Notes: generated by a model not told the origin, from the letters alone. DNA of 64,000 bases from Vicinamibacteria bacterium (GCA_965232015.1 OZ246946.1:3302612-3366611), one strand, 5' to 3'. Positions 8,919 through 19,409 are shown, counted from the stretch's first letter. Translations and numbers: made by a program.

Positions 8919-11504
8919 TTACAACACGCTCGCGCCGGTCTTCACACGAACAGCAATCCGCTCGCGGACTTCCTGATGGATCGGGATGCGAAGAAGCAGA
9001 TCCTTCGCAACCTCGAGGGTCACTGCCAAGCCGAACCGGACGGGCTGCACGATGTCACCGGCGTCCTTCCGACAATTGACCTTCACCGTCATCTCGTCAC
9101 CATCGTTGATCGGGATGGCACTCATGCCCTCGAACACCTCATGCTGAACCGTTCCCCGCTGTGCCGCGCGGAAGTCTGCACATGACCGATCACTCGCAAT
9201 GGGGCCGGGCGCGCCGAACCAAAGGTGAGCCACGCGGTAACCGCGCCGGCGACTGTTGATCGGAGAAAACCATGCCAGAGTGATGATCACGCGCCTCCTC
9301 GCCGCAGCACCGGACAGGCTCGGCGGCAGCGGCAGGGAAAACACGGCCGCCTCTCTGTCGTCCAGTGATCCGAAGCCCAGGACGGTCACACGCCGCTCCG
9401 CACCCTGGGCCACGCGCCCGAAGTCAGCGAGGCCATAGCCAAGAAATCGTGCGACATAGTCTCGGAAGGATCGCCCGCGGCCCGCTCTCAAGATGTCCCC
9501 GTAACGGTCGAACATCTCGTCCCATCGGGCCCCATGCACGAGCAGCGCCTTGATCAGCACCGCGTCGAAATCATCCGGGATCTCATGGCTGGAGCTCGCA
9601 CGGAGCGTCTCCAACAACTCGAAGAACACAGACGCCCCGCGGGATGCCAAGGCGGCGGCGTTGCTTGTTCCTCGTGTGTAGTGCGTAGCGTTCAGTACAC
9701 CCTGCGCGCCCGGTGTCGCCACGCGCTGGCCGGGAGCTCCATCCGAAGCATGCGGCCGAAGAACAATCCTTCCTGGCGGCGGCGCGAGCTGTTCGGACAT
9801 CATCTGCCTTCCACCGGGCAGCAGGATGTCAGGCTTGATCGCACGCCGATAGCCCGGACCGTGAGCGGAGATGACGCTCGGCAATCCGCTCGCTACCGGC
9901 TCGATGAGATGACTCGGACCGGGGCTGGATTGGTCCCCATGCACTGCGCCCACTGTCAGCCCGTTCAGCGTCTCCCCCGGGGACAGGAGGCGCCGGTGTC
10001 TCGTGTCCTTCGCAACGGCCATGATCACTTCCCGCTGGCGAGCGTCCTGGCCCAATCCATGAAGTCCCTTGGCGGGCTCCGGAAAGGAGATATTCCGAGA
10101 GTGGTTTCCGGCGCTAACGACGAATAGGACGCCATACTTCCATGCGAGCCAGTCGAGGAGGCGAGCCCACGCGCTCATGTCCGTAATGAATGGGCGAGCG
10201 GGGTCGCCGACTGACAGATTGACCACGCGGATCTCCGGCGAGGCCGCCGGTTCTCCACCCTCTCCGTCGAACAGCCGACGAACGGCACGGTGCAGTAGAT
10301 CCACGGGCAGCACGTCCTCCGGTACCGCTTCCACGAAGTTGTTGTCAAAACCGCGGCGCGGCTTCATGATCGGCCGCACGTAGATCTGTCGATCCAGCGG
10401 CGATTCCTGAGCATCCAGGTCGCCATGACACATCAACGACGCCATCGCCGTCCCGTGGCTCCTCTCCCGAGCCTGGTAGCTCCCTTCGTGGCCGTCCGGG
10501 TCGTCCACGACCAGACGCCCGTCCAGCAGGGTATGTTGCGTGAGGGGCAACCCATCGAGCAAGGCGACGACTGGGGCCCCTAGAGGTCGGTGCCTCGGTG
10601 CGCCCGGCAGCGCTGAGACGACGTCGTCGGCCTCGTCGGGAACGGGCGTGGCGCACTGACCAACCGGTCGCACGAACATGATGTCGTCACATCGGAACAG
10701 AGCCACTTCACGCCGCAATGCCGGCTCGTTGAGCAGTCCCTGAACTCGCGTGATGTCGATGCGGCCGAGCATGGCGTGATAGGCGATGTCTCGAATGGTG
10801 CACTCGGTGACGACCTCTCCGCCGACTTCATGCACGAGGTGGCGGAGCTGCTGGTGGGCGATGGAACGTCGTGACTCGGAGCCGCGATACCAGAGATCGG
10901 CTTCGAACGGAACCAGTTCCTGGCCGGCCGCCACCCGCTCACGCCAGTCCTCGAGGAGGCCCGTCTCAGCCAGCCTGTCCTCCACTCCCCATGGCCGGAT
11001 CTCACGCAGCGACTCGAACGCGTGTTTGAGAGGGGCCAAGCCATGGCTGAACGGAGCCTCAGGCTCGCGGCGCCACGAGTCGAAGAGGCGTCGCAGCTCT
11101 GCCAGAGCGCGCTGGTCGGACATGATCAGGAAGAGCTGCCCGCTCAGGCTCTTCTCGGGATCCTTGGGGTCCTCGAATCCATCCCCCGGTGCGATTTCCT
11201 CAACGCCGTACTCCGCGAGCCATTCGAGCCCTTCGATCCCCTCAACTGCCCGGATGAAGTTTTCCACGGTCCCGACTGTCTTGAGCACGAGCACCTGCTC
11301 AGGCTCGATGCCGAGCGAACTCCCCTGAAGCTCGGCCCGACGGTGCGCCAGTGCTTCCTGCAACCGCTGGAATTGGGGCGCCAGGCGTTCACCCTGCCGG
11401 CGGGCGCTCGGCCGCTTCAGCCGGCCGCCGCCACCGAATCTCCGCTCCCGTTCCGCGCGTCCCGGGGTAGGAAACAACAGGATCGGGTAGTCGCTGCCCG
11501 CCAT
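8919..11504 (-). CDS. S8 subtilisin-family serine peptidase, IetS-like
   Basis: S8 catalytic motifs are present: Asp (VVALLDGLP), His (SHGTAMASL) and Ser (GTSNAAALAS). The likely start is MAGSDYP... (ATG 11504), 2 nt after the stop of the upstream AAA gene. A longer ORF extends to 11555. Confidence 0.75.
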   Translation of the reverse strand: MAGSDYPILLFPTPGRAERERRFGGGGRLKRPSARRQGERLAPQFQRLQEALAHRRAELQGSSLGIEPEQVLVLKTVGTVENFIRAVEGIEGLEWLAEYGVEEIAPGDGFEDPKDPEKSLSGQLFLIMSDQRALAELRRLFDSWRREPEAPFSHGLAPLKHAFESLREIRPWGVEDRLAETGLLEDWRERVAAGQELVPFEADLWYRGSESRRSIAHQQLRHLVHEVGGEVVTECTIRDIAYHAMLGRIDITRVQGLLNEPALRREVALFRCDDIMFVRPVGQCATPVPDEADDVVSALPGAPRHRPLGAPVVALLDGLPLTQHTLLDGRLVVDDPDGHEGSYQARERSHGTAMASLMCHGDLDAQESPLDRQIYVRPIMKPRRGFDNNFVEAVPEDVLPVDLLHRAVRRLFDGEGGEPAASPEIRVVNLSVGDPARPFITDMSAWARLLDWLAWKYGVLFVVSAGNHSRNISFPEPAKGLHGLGQDARQREVIMAVAKDTRHRRLLSPGETLNGLTVGAVHGDQSSPGPSHLIEPVASGLPSVISAHGPGYRRAIKPDILLPGGRQMMSEQLAPPPGRIVLRPHASDGAPGQRVATPGAQGVLNATHYTRGTSNAAALASRGASVFFELLETLRASSSHEIPDDFDAVLIKALLVHGARWDEMFDRYGDILRAGRGRSFRDYVARFLGYGLADFGRVAQGAERRVTVLGFGSLDDREAAVFSLPLPPSLSGAAARRRVIITLAWFSPINSRRRGYRVAHLWFGAPGPIASDRSCADFRAAQRGTVQHEVFEGMSAIPINDGDEMTVKVNCRKDAGDIVQPVRFGLAVTLEVAKDLLLRIPIHQEVRERIAVRVKTGASVL

Positions 11505-11506
11505 GA

Positions 11507-12493
11507 TCAGGCCGTGCGGCCACTGGAGGCCACTCGTCCGAGCCGCGTCCTCCACTGCCGCAAACGACCGTCAACGATGTCCTTGGGTCGAGCATCCGCT
11601 CCTTCCAGAATCAACTGTCGCAGGGCATCGGTGCAGAAGTCTTCCACTTCCGCGAAACTCAGCCCGGCCAACTTGCGCGCCAAGTCCGTCGGCTGGATGC
11701 CGAACGATTGTCCGGTCCGTCGCTCGAAGCCACCGTACCACTCCTCGATCTGCTGCTGGGTCGGCGGGCCGAGTTCGAGTCGGATCTGAAATCGACGCCA
11801 AGCCGCTCGATCAAGCAGTTCTGCGTGGTTCGTGGCCGCCAGAACCACGACATAACTGGGGAGAGCATCGATTTGCAGTAGCAGGGAGCTCACAACGCGT
11901 TTGATTTCACCCGTTTCGTGCGTGTCCCCCCGTTCCTTGCCAACGACGTCGAACTCGTCAAAGAGCAAGAGACATCGCCTTGACCGAACATGCTCGAAGA
12001 CCTTGGCAATTCGTTGCGCCGTTTCACCCAGGTAGCTGCCAATGACTGCTTCGTATTGAACGACAAAGAGGGGCACACCCAAGGCGTCGGCCAGCGCCTC
12101 GGCGAGAGTCGTCTTGCCGTTCCCCGGCGGCCCCGCCAAGAGTATTCGATTGCGTGGTTCCAGGTTGTATGACCTGAGCAGGTCCGCTCTGTGGTGCTCC
12201 GAGATCAGTTCTCGTACTGTCTCTTTGGTTGGAGGCGCTAGTGTCAAGTCATCCAGTCGGCGACGTGGAGTCTTCTCGACTACCAGCGGCGTGGCAGCTC
12301 GTCCTGGCGCGGGAAGCGGACGTGGGCTGAGCCCATTCGCAGGCCGGAGCTGCGCGAGCAGGCGATCCGCGAGGATCGTGTGGTTCTTGGCGCGCTCGTT
12401 GGCGGCCAGCGCCTCGACCGTCTTCCGAACCTGTGCTCGGTCGCCGCGATGGCTCGCCCTGACGAGACTCAGGATGAGGTCAGCACGAGCCAT
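11507..12493 (-). CDS. AAA+ ATPase (single classic AAA module), IetA-like
   Basis: 328 aa. Walker A GPPGNGKTTLA, Walker B LLLFDEFD, and sensor/Arg-finger-like region (ATNHAELLDRAAWRRF). It forms an operon with the S8 peptidase. Confidence 0.8.
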   Translation of the reverse strand: MARADLILSLVRASHRGDRAQVRKTVEALAANERAKNHTILADRLLAQLRPANGLSPRPLPAPGRAATPLVVEKTPRRRLDDLTLAPPTKETVRELISEHHRADLLRSYNLEPRNRILLAGPPGNGKTTLAEALADALGVPLFVVQYEAVIGSYLGETAQRIAKVFEHVRSRRCLLLFDEFDVVGKERGDTHETGEIKRVVSSLLLQIDALPSYVVVLAATNHAELLDRAAWRRFQIRLELGPPTQQQIEEWYGGFERRTGQSFGIQPTDLARKLAGLSFAEVEDFCTDALRQLILEGADARPKDIVDGRLRQWRTRLGRVASSGRTA

Positions 12494-12654
12494 GGTCAGT
12501 GTGCCGTCTCCGAAGAAGCTCCCGATGCGGTCCGCGGCCCGGCTCGCCCCCCCGAGTGACCAGAGCGGTTGCGCCGACGGTCTGACATCCTCACCTCAAG
12601 GCTTCTCGGACTCTAGCCGAATCGCCAAACGTGGGGTGGCGGCCCGTCCGGAGG

Positions 12655-13436
12655 GCCTCAGTCTTCCCGGCGGATCACGACCCCGGCGAGAGCGCCGGTG
12701 GGGGTCCCATCCTCCACCGCGATCTCTCCGTTCACGAGCACCCAGGCGATGCCCACCGGGGGGGTCGCCGGTTCGAGGATCGTCGCCACGTCTTCGACGC
12801 GCTCGTAGTCGAACGCCACGATGTCCGCCGCGCAGCCGACGCGCAGACACCCTCGGTCTTCGAGCCCGATGATGGCGGCGGGCAGGCTCGTCGAGGACCG
12901 CACCATGAACGGCAGGCTGATCACGCCGCGTTCCCGGGTGTAGTGGGCGATCTTGCGCGGGTAGCTGCCCCAGTAGCGGGGGTGGCGTCCGGGCGTTCCT
13001 TCGAGCGCGACGCCGGCGTCGGTGGCGGTCGCCGTGAAGTCCTGCTCCATGTAGTGCTCGACATCGAAGCGGTGTCCCGCCACCGGCCGGATGAGCACAC
13101 CGTGGAGAAGCTCCGCCGAGCCGGCCCGGGCGAATGCGATCAGCGTCTCCGCCACCGACTGGTCCGCTTCCCGCGCGATCTCGGCGACGGTCTTCCCGAC
13201 CAGCGCCGGATCCTCGGGGAAGAAGACCACGATCAGCCGGTTCGCGCCGCCGAACAGGTCGAGCTGCTGCTCCAGGTCCATCAGGAGGTCGCGGCGCGTC
13301 TCCGGATCGGCGAGGTTCGCCTCGAGGTTCTCGAGGGTCAGCAGACCCGACCTCCGCCAGTCGGGGTCGTCCAGTCCGCCCGAGCGGTCCATGCCCCTCG
13401 GCGCGAAGCCCCAGATCGGGATCACGCCGACCGGGC
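12655..13436. repeat. Direct repeat copy B (within the intact deacylase gene)
   Basis: See copy A at 8140-8913. Confidence 0.8.
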
Positions 13437-14370
13437 CGCCGCCGAAGGTCTCGTAGGGGTACTGGTCCAGATACACCTGAACCCCCTGCCGCCGGGCTTC
13501 CCGGATCGCCTGGACGTCCTTCGCCGAATGCCCCCAGCTCGACGGCCCCTTCGCCTTGATGTGGGTGCCCACGACCCGGATCCCGGTCTCGCGCCCGATG
13601 TGGATCGTCTCGGCCATGCCGTCGGTCCCGGTCAGCGTTGGCCCGTCCACGATGCTCGGCACCTGCCACCGGGGCATCGGGGACTGGCTCCGCTGGTGCG
13701 AGTAATAGAACCCGTCGTAGTCGCTGACCACGCGCGCCAGGGCCACGATCTCGCCCGTCTCGGAAAAGCGGGCCGGGCGGTACTCCGGACCGGCCCCGAG
13801 GCCCCACGCCCCGTCCTCCATGCCCTCGCGAACGAGCTCCGCCATCCGCGCGACTTCCCCGTCGGTCGCGGGCCGCTCGTGGTCCGCCCCCATGACCTGC
13901 AGGCGGACCGTGGAGTGGCCCACCATCGGGACCACGTTCATCCCGGTCCCCTGGCTCTCGTAGGCGGCGATCTCGTCGCGGATCGGCCAGATCGGGTTGC
14001 GTCCGTCCGCTCCCATGACGACGGTGGTGATCCCCTGCGCCACCAGATTGACCGCCCGGCGGGCATCGAGGTCGTCGCCCACGAGGGCGCGGTCGGCGTG
14101 CGAGTGGAGGTCCACCCAACCCGGAGACAGGTGGAGCCCGTCCATCCGGATCGTTCTGGCGGCCTCGCGCCCGGGGCGTCCCTCGAGTCGTCCGACCGCC
14201 ACGATCCGGTCTCCCCGGATCCCCACGTCGGCCCGCCGCGCCGGGTTGCCGCTCCCGTCGAAGACCCGGCCGCCGACGAGTAGCAGATCGTAGGCGGGGG
14301 TCTGCGCGGCGGCGATCCCCGCGCTGGCGCCCATCGCCAGTCCAAGAAATCCGACGAGGATCGTTTTCAT
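12658..14370 (-). CDS. N-acyl-D-amino-acid deacylase (D-aminoacylase) family amidohydrolase, secreted
   Basis: 570 aa with a signal peptide. The N-terminus DLLLVGGRVFDGSG...GWVDLHSHAD is the metal-binding HxH motif of the amidohydrolase superfamily; overall it resembles D-aminoacylases. Confidence 0.85.
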   Translation of the reverse strand: MKTILVGFLGLAMGASAGIAAAQTPAYDLLLVGGRVFDGSGNPARRADVGIRGDRIVAVGRLEGRPGREAARTIRMDGLHLSPGWVDLHSHADRALVGDDLDARRAVNLVAQGITTVVMGADGRNPIWPIRDEIAAYESQGTGMNVVPMVGHSTVRLQVMGADHERPATDGEVARMAELVREGMEDGAWGLGAGPEYRPARFSETGEIVALARVVSDYDGFYYSHQRSQSPMPRWQVPSIVDGPTLTGTDGMAETIHIGRETGIRVVGTHIKAKGPSSWGHSAKDVQAIREARRQGVQVYLDQYPYETFGGGPVGVIPIWGFAPRGMDRSGGLDDPDWRRSGLLTLENLEANLADPETRRDLLMDLEQQLDLFGGANRLIVVFFPEDPALVGKTVAEIAREADQSVAETLIAFARAGSAELLHGVLIRPVAGHRFDVEHYMEQDFTATATDAGVALEGTPGRHPRYWGSYPRKIAHYTRERGVISLPFMVRSSTSLPAAIIGLEDRGCLRVGCAADIVAFDYERVEDVATILEPATPPVGIAWVLVNGEIAVEDGTPTGALAGVVIRRED

Positions 14371-14469
14371 GGCCGTCTCCCGCCCCGTCGGGGCTCCCGA
14401 AAAGGCGCCCCGCGCCTTCCTTCGATCCTATCCGAGCAGCCCCCGGCCGCTCTGCTAGCGTCCCGGCCC

Positions 14470-17400
14470 ATGCGCGTCCGTTTCCGTCTCCTCCTCGCGG
14501 CAGCGGGACTGATCCTCCTGGCCGCGACCGCCGCCGCCCAGCCTCTGGACCCCGCACACCTCGGCGGGCTCCGCTGGAGGACGATCGGACCGGACGGGAA
14601 CCGCATCAGCGCCGCCGCCGGCGTCTGGGGGGACCCGGACATCCTCTTCTTCGGGGCGGCGTCGGGCGGTCTCTGGCGCAGCGACGACGCCGGCGTGACC
14701 TGGGCCCCGGTTTTCGACGAGCACGACGCCGCCTCGATCAGCGCGCTCGCGGTCTCGCCCTCCCATCCGGACCAGGTGTGGGCGGGCACCGGCGAGACCT
14801 TCATCATCCGTCCCGCGCTCGCGATGGGGAACGGGATCTACCGCTCCCTCGACGGGGGACGCAGCTTCCACCACCGGGGTCTGGAGGCGACCGGCCGGAT
14901 CGCCCGCATCCTGGTGGATCCACGGGATCCGGACCGGGTGTACGCCTGCGCGCTGGGGCACTCCTACGGGCCGCAGCCGGAGCGGGGCGTCTATCGGACC
15001 GACGACGGCGGCGCGAACTGGAGTCTGGTCCTCCATGTGGACGAGCACACCGGCTGCTCCGATCTCGCTCTCGACCTCGATCATCCCAACCGGCTTCTCG
15101 CCGGGATGTGGCAGCTCCGGATCGCCACCCACGGTCTCCGGAGCGGCGGTCCCGGAAGCGGCGTTTACCGGTCGAACGACGGCGGCGACACCTGGGAGCG
15201 GCTCTCCGGTCCGGTCAGCGCCGATGGCCCGAACGCGGGACGGGGGCTCCCCGGAGGCGAAGGGCATCCGGTAGGCAAGGTCGCGGTGGGGATCGCGCCG
15301 AGCGATCCGGACCGCTGGTACGCGCTCGTGGAGGACGAATCCCCCGGGTTCTATCGGTCCGACGACTCGGGTAACTCCTGGCGGCTGACCCTGACACACC
15401 ACGATCTCGCCGAGCGGGCGCCCTACTACGTCCGCTTCGCGGTGGACGCGACCGACGCCGACCGGATCTACTTCGCCTCGGTGCTGTTCGGAACTTCGGT
15501 GGACGGCGGCCTGAGCCTCCACGAGACGTCCTACCGGGCCGGGGGCGACAACCACGACGTGTGGGTGGACCCGTGGCTGCCCGGACGCATCCTCGTCGGC
15601 CACGACGGCGGGGGCAGCATCTCCATGAACCGCGGCGCGAGCTGGCGCCGGGTGGTGCCGCCGATCGCCCAGATGTACCACGTGACGGTGGACGACCGGA
15701 TCCCCTACCGGGTGTACGGAAACCGCCAGGACGGCTACTCCTACCGCGGCCCGAGCCGCACCGCGTCGGGCGGCATCCCGATCGGGCGGTGGCAGGGCGT
15801 CGGCGGCTGCGAGAGCGGCTGGGCCACGCCGGAGCCGGAGGACGACAACATCGTCTGGTCCGGCTGCTACGACGGCGGGCTCGAGGTGTACGACGACCGC
15901 ACCGGGCACGTGCGCGACGTCCGGGTCTGGCCCGAAGCCGCCTACGGCTGGGCGCCCGCCGATGTGAAGGTCCGCTGGCACTGGAACTTCCCCATGGTCC
16001 TCTCGCGCCACGAGCCGGGGACCACCTGGGTCGGCAGCCAGTTCGTGCACCGCAGCCGGAACCGGGGGCAGTCGTGGGAGGCGATCAGCCCCGATCTCAC
16101 GACGAACGACAAGGCGCGCCAGCAGGACTCCGGCGGCATCACGGTGGACAACCTCTACACCTTCGATGGCGCCGTCCTGTTCGCGCTCGCCGAGTCTCCC
16201 CTCGCCCCGGGTCAGCTCTGGGCGGGCAGCGTGGACGGCAGGCTCCACGTCACCACCGACGGGGGCGAGACCTGGCTGGACCGCAGCGACCAGGTGCCGG
16301 GGCTCGACGAGGAGGCCTGGATCAAGTCCATCGCTCCGTCGGCCCACGACACAGGCACCGCCTATCTGGCGGTGAGCTGGCACCAGTCGGGAGACTTTCG
16401 GCCCCACATCTACCGCACCCGCGACCTCGGCGAGAGCTGGGAGCGGATCAGCGCCGGCATCCCCGAATCTCCGTTCTCCTTCGTCCATGTGGTCCGGGAG
16501 GATCCGAAGCGCGCCGGGGTGCTGTTCGCCGGGACCGACAACCAGGTCTGGGGCAGCCTCGACGACGGAGCGAGCTGGTTCTCGCTGCGGCGCAACATGC
16601 CGCCGGCCCCGATCTACGACCTGGTGATCCAGGAGCGATTCGACGATCTGGTCGTCGCCACCTACGGCCGGGGGTTCTGGATCCTCGACGGGATCGGCCC
16701 GCTGCGCGATCTCGCGGCTTCCGGCTCCGGGCCGTTCCGCGTCTTCCCTTCCCCGACAGCCTGGCGATTCCTGCCCCGCCAGACGATCAAGACCGAGCCC
16801 GGCAGCCTCTCCACCGGACAGAACCCGCCCTACGGGGCCGCGATCTCGTGGTGGACCGACGCGGACGCCTCCGGTCCGGCGCGGATCACGATCACGAACT
16901 CCGAGGACGAGGTGATCCGGACGCTCCGCGCCCCGGCCGCAACCGGCCTCTCCCGGACCCACTGGGATCTGCGCCGCGACGGCCCGGCTCGGGCCACGCT
17001 CCGCACCCGGCCCCCGGATCGCGACTGGGTGGAGATGGGCGAGGACGGCTCACGAAGCATCCGAACCTGGGATCTGGACATCTTCCCCGGCTATCGGGGC
17101 GCGCTGGTCCCTCCGGGGACCTACACCGCCCGGGTGGAGATCGGGGACCGCGCGGCCGAGACCCCGATCGTGGTCGAGGCGGACCCGTCCTCCGCGGCGA
17201 CTCCGGCCGACGCCGCCGAGAAGTACGCTTTCCTCCGGGCGATCCACGCGCAGCTCGACGAGCTCGCCGACATGGTGGACGAGCTGGAGTTCGCGCGACG
17301 CGAGCTCGCCGCATTCGAGGAGTACGTGGGAGAGCGCCACGCCGGTGACGAGCGATTCACCGCGGTTCTCGAGAGCGCCGCCGAAGTCGCCGGCACCGCG

Positions 17401-17676
17401 CTCGCGATCGAGGGACGCCTGTTCGACACCGGTCTCACCGGCGCTCGCGAGGACGCGTTCCGCGCCCCCATCCGCCTGTTCGGACGGCTCGGAGCCCTCG
17501 CCAACGATGCGGGCCGGGATGGCGCCGACTTCGCCCCCACCGATCAGCAGCGGGAGGTCCGAGCGGTGCTGACCGGGCGGTTCGAAGAGGCGAGGGCGGC
17601 CTACCGGGATCTGGTCGGGACGCAGTTGCCCGCCCTCTGGCGCGCCATCGGGGAGGCGCGCGCCGGAGAGCGGTAG
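14470..17676 (+). CDS. Secreted BNR/Asp-box repeat (sortilin/Vps10-like) beta-propeller protein
   Basis: 1068 aa with a signal peptide. Repeated S-x-D-x-G-x-T-W motifs (SDDAGVTW, TDDGGANW, SNDGGDTW, SDDSGNSW, TTDGGETW, LDDGASWF). Confidence 0.8.
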   Translation: MRVRFRLLLAAAGLILLAATAAAQPLDPAHLGGLRWRTIGPDGNRISAAAGVWGDPDILFFGAASGGLWRSDDAGVTWAPVFDEHDAASISALAVSPSHPDQVWAGTGETFIIRPALAMGNGIYRSLDGGRSFHHRGLEATGRIARILVDPRDPDRVYACALGHSYGPQPERGVYRTDDGGANWSLVLHVDEHTGCSDLALDLDHPNRLLAGMWQLRIATHGLRSGGPGSGVYRSNDGGDTWERLSGPVSADGPNAGRGLPGGEGHPVGKVAVGIAPSDPDRWYALVEDESPGFYRSDDSGNSWRLTLTHHDLAERAPYYVRFAVDATDADRIYFASVLFGTSVDGGLSLHETSYRAGGDNHDVWVDPWLPGRILVGHDGGGSISMNRGASWRRVVPPIAQMYHVTVDDRIPYRVYGNRQDGYSYRGPSRTASGGIPIGRWQGVGGCESGWATPEPEDDNIVWSGCYDGGLEVYDDRTGHVRDVRVWPEAAYGWAPADVKVRWHWNFPMVLSRHEPGTTWVGSQFVHRSRNRGQSWEAISPDLTTNDKARQQDSGGITVDNLYTFDGAVLFALAESPLAPGQLWAGSVDGRLHVTTDGGETWLDRSDQVPGLDEEAWIKSIAPSAHDTGTAYLAVSWHQSGDFRPHIYRTRDLGESWERISAGIPESPFSFVHVVREDPKRAGVLFAGTDNQVWGSLDDGASWFSLRRNMPPAPIYDLVIQERFDDLVVATYGRGFWILDGIGPLRDLAASGSGPFRVFPSPTAWRFLPRQTIKTEPGSLSTGQNPPYGAAISWWTDADASGPARITITNSEDEVIRTLRAPAATGLSRTHWDLRRDGPARATLRTRPPDRDWVEMGEDGSRSIRTWDLDIFPGYRGALVPPGTYTARVEIGDRAAETPIVVEADPSSAATPADAAEKYAFLRAIHAQLDELADMVDELEFARRELAAFEEYVGERHAGDERFTAVLESAAEVAGTALAIEGRLFDTGLTGAREDAFRAPIRLFGRLGALANDAGRDGADFAPTDQQREVRAVLTGRFEEARAAYRDLVGTQLPALWRAIGEARAGER

Positions 17677-17687
17677 GAGCGATCCCG

Positions 17688-19409
17688 ATGGGCGCGGAGT
17701 TCCGGCGCTTCGGCCTGGGGAACCTCCTCGCCCTCGGCCTGCTCGCCGGATGGACCTTCGTCGTGGCCGCCTACGGTCCCGATCCCGGATTCCCGGGACG
17801 GGCGCTCGGAGAGCTCGCGGCCGGACTCGGTCGGACCGCGCTGTGGTTCGTTCCGGTGGGGGTTCTCGTCCCGCTGGCGCTGCCGCGCATGCGGGGGCTG
17901 TTCTCCACCCTCTTCGTGATCCTGATTCCTTCGGTGGTCCTGGCCGCCGCGATCACGGTGCTCGCCGTGGCCGCCCCCGATGAAGCGCCGTGGGCCCTCT
18001 TCGAATCGTTCCAGCTTCCCCCAGTGCTCGACCTCCTCGCTCCGGCGGCGGGCGCCTTCGCCGGAGTCCTCCTCGGGACCGTCCTGGCCCGGGGGTTCGG
18101 AGCCGCGCTGTTGCTGATCCCGGCGCTTCTCGGGATCGGCGCGGTTCTGCTCGCGATCGTCGCCGTCGCGCTGCTCGTCCTCACCGACCGGGTCGCGGCC
18201 GTGGAGCCGGTGGGAGTTCCCGCGCCGACCGCGGCGGACTACCACGCCGCCTTCTCCACCGACCCGGGAGGACGCGCGGGGGAGTCGCGGCTCGCGCTGT
18301 CGCCCGATGCGTTCGCGTCCGCCCTGCGGCTCGCGGTGGCGGCCGGCGGTCTGGCGCCCGGGACGCGGATCGCTTTCGCCGCCGAGGGGGACGAGCTCCG
18401 CGGCGGTTTTTCGCTCCCGTGGACGATTCCCTGGGTCGGGGAGCGGTTCGTCAACGTGGGCGCGGTCGCCCGACCCTCGTTCGAGGACGGGGCGTTCCGC
18501 GCCCGGGTGCGGTCGTTCTCGATTGGCGACCTGACGATCCCGCCGGGGATGGTGCGGCCCGCCTCCCGGATCGTGTCACGCTGGCTGCGGCAGGGGTCGC
18601 CGCTCGCCCCGGTGCTCGACGAGATGCAGCGGGCGGGAGCGGAGCTGGCGGTCGAGGAGTCGGCGCTCGTGGTGCGACGGCCCGCCTCCGCAACGCCGAG
18701 CGGCCCGGTGGGGGACTATGTCGCCCGCCTGGAGCGGGACGCTGGCCGGATTCGCGCCCGCCCGGACCGGTTGGTGGGCGCGCTCGAGACCGTGTTCGGG
18801 CTCGCCGCCGAGCGTTCGGTGAGCGTCGCCGCGATCCCGCACAATCGGGCGGCGATCCTCGCGCTCGGGGGCGCGGCGGGCCACCCGGCGCTGCTGTCCC
18901 TCGCCGGGTTCCCCGAGGCGGCGGGCGCCGCGCGCGGCCTGTCCGAACGGATGGGGCTCACTCTGGGGGGCCGCCGGGACTGGGCGCGGCACTTCCTGCT
19001 CAGCGCCGGACTGAGCCAGATCGGCCCCGACGGCCTGTCCGAACGCGCCGGACTGATCAAGGAGCGACTCGACGCCGCGAGCGGCGGCACCGGCTTCTCG
19101 TTCGCCGATCTCCTCATGGACGCGGCCGGGCGTCGCTTCGCCGCCGCCGCGACCGCGACCGAGCCCTCCGCGAGGGGAATCCAGGCCGCCGTTCTCGCCG
19201 GCGTCGTGGAGGACGACCTCGCACCCGGCAATACCGGCCTGCCGGAAGGTCTGTCGTCCGAGAGGCTGGAGGCGGAACTCGGCGGGTTCGACGGCGAGGC
19301 GTTCCTCGCGCTCGAAGCCGAGATCACCGGACGGCTCGATGCGCTCCCGCTCTACCGCGCCACGCCGAGCCGGGACGCCGTCCCGCCGCCCACTCTCGAG
19401 GACGGCTGA
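17688..19409 (+). CDS. Hypothetical membrane protein
   Basis: 573 aa. It starts 12 nt after the previous gene and has several N-terminal hydrophobic helices with GC3-rich codon usage. There is no recognisable domain. Competing antisense ORFs were judged spurious. Confidence 0.5.
   Translation: MGAEFRRFGLGNLLALGLLAGWTFVVAAYGPDPGFPGRALGELAAGLGRTALWFVPVGVLVPLALPRMRGLFSTLFVILIPSVVLAAAITVLAVAAPDEAPWALFESFQLPPVLDLLAPAAGAFAGVLLGTVLARGFGAALLLIPALLGIGAVLLAIVAVALLVLTDRVAAVEPVGVPAPTAADYHAAFSTDPGGRAGESRLALSPDAFASALRLAVAAGGLAPGTRIAFAAEGDELRGGFSLPWTIPWVGERFVNVGAVARPSFEDGAFRARVRSFSIGDLTIPPGMVRPASRIVSRWLRQGSPLAPVLDEMQRAGAELAVEESALVVRRPASATPSGPVGDYVARLERDAGRIRARPDRLVGALETVFGLAAERSVSVAAIPHNRAAILALGGAAGHPALLSLAGFPEAAGAARGLSERMGLTLGGRRDWARHFLLSAGLSQIGPDGLSERAGLIKERLDAASGGTGFSFADLLMDAAGRRFAAAATATEPSARGIQAAVLAGVVEDDLAPGNTGLPEGLSSERLEAELGGFDGEAFLALEAEITGRLDALPLYRATPSRDAVPPPTLEDG

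Noticed and set aside
12596-14557. 653-aa ORF and 12631-14283 (+) 550-aa ORF overlapping the D-aminoacylase gene.
   Set aside because: They overlap a well-supported amidohydrolase gene on the other strand or frame, and are Arg/Gly/Pro-rich with no domains.
14455-16962. 835-aa ORF antisense to the BNR-repeat protein gene.
   Set aside because: It is an antisense artefact. The sense strand has repeated Asp-box motifs and a signal peptide.
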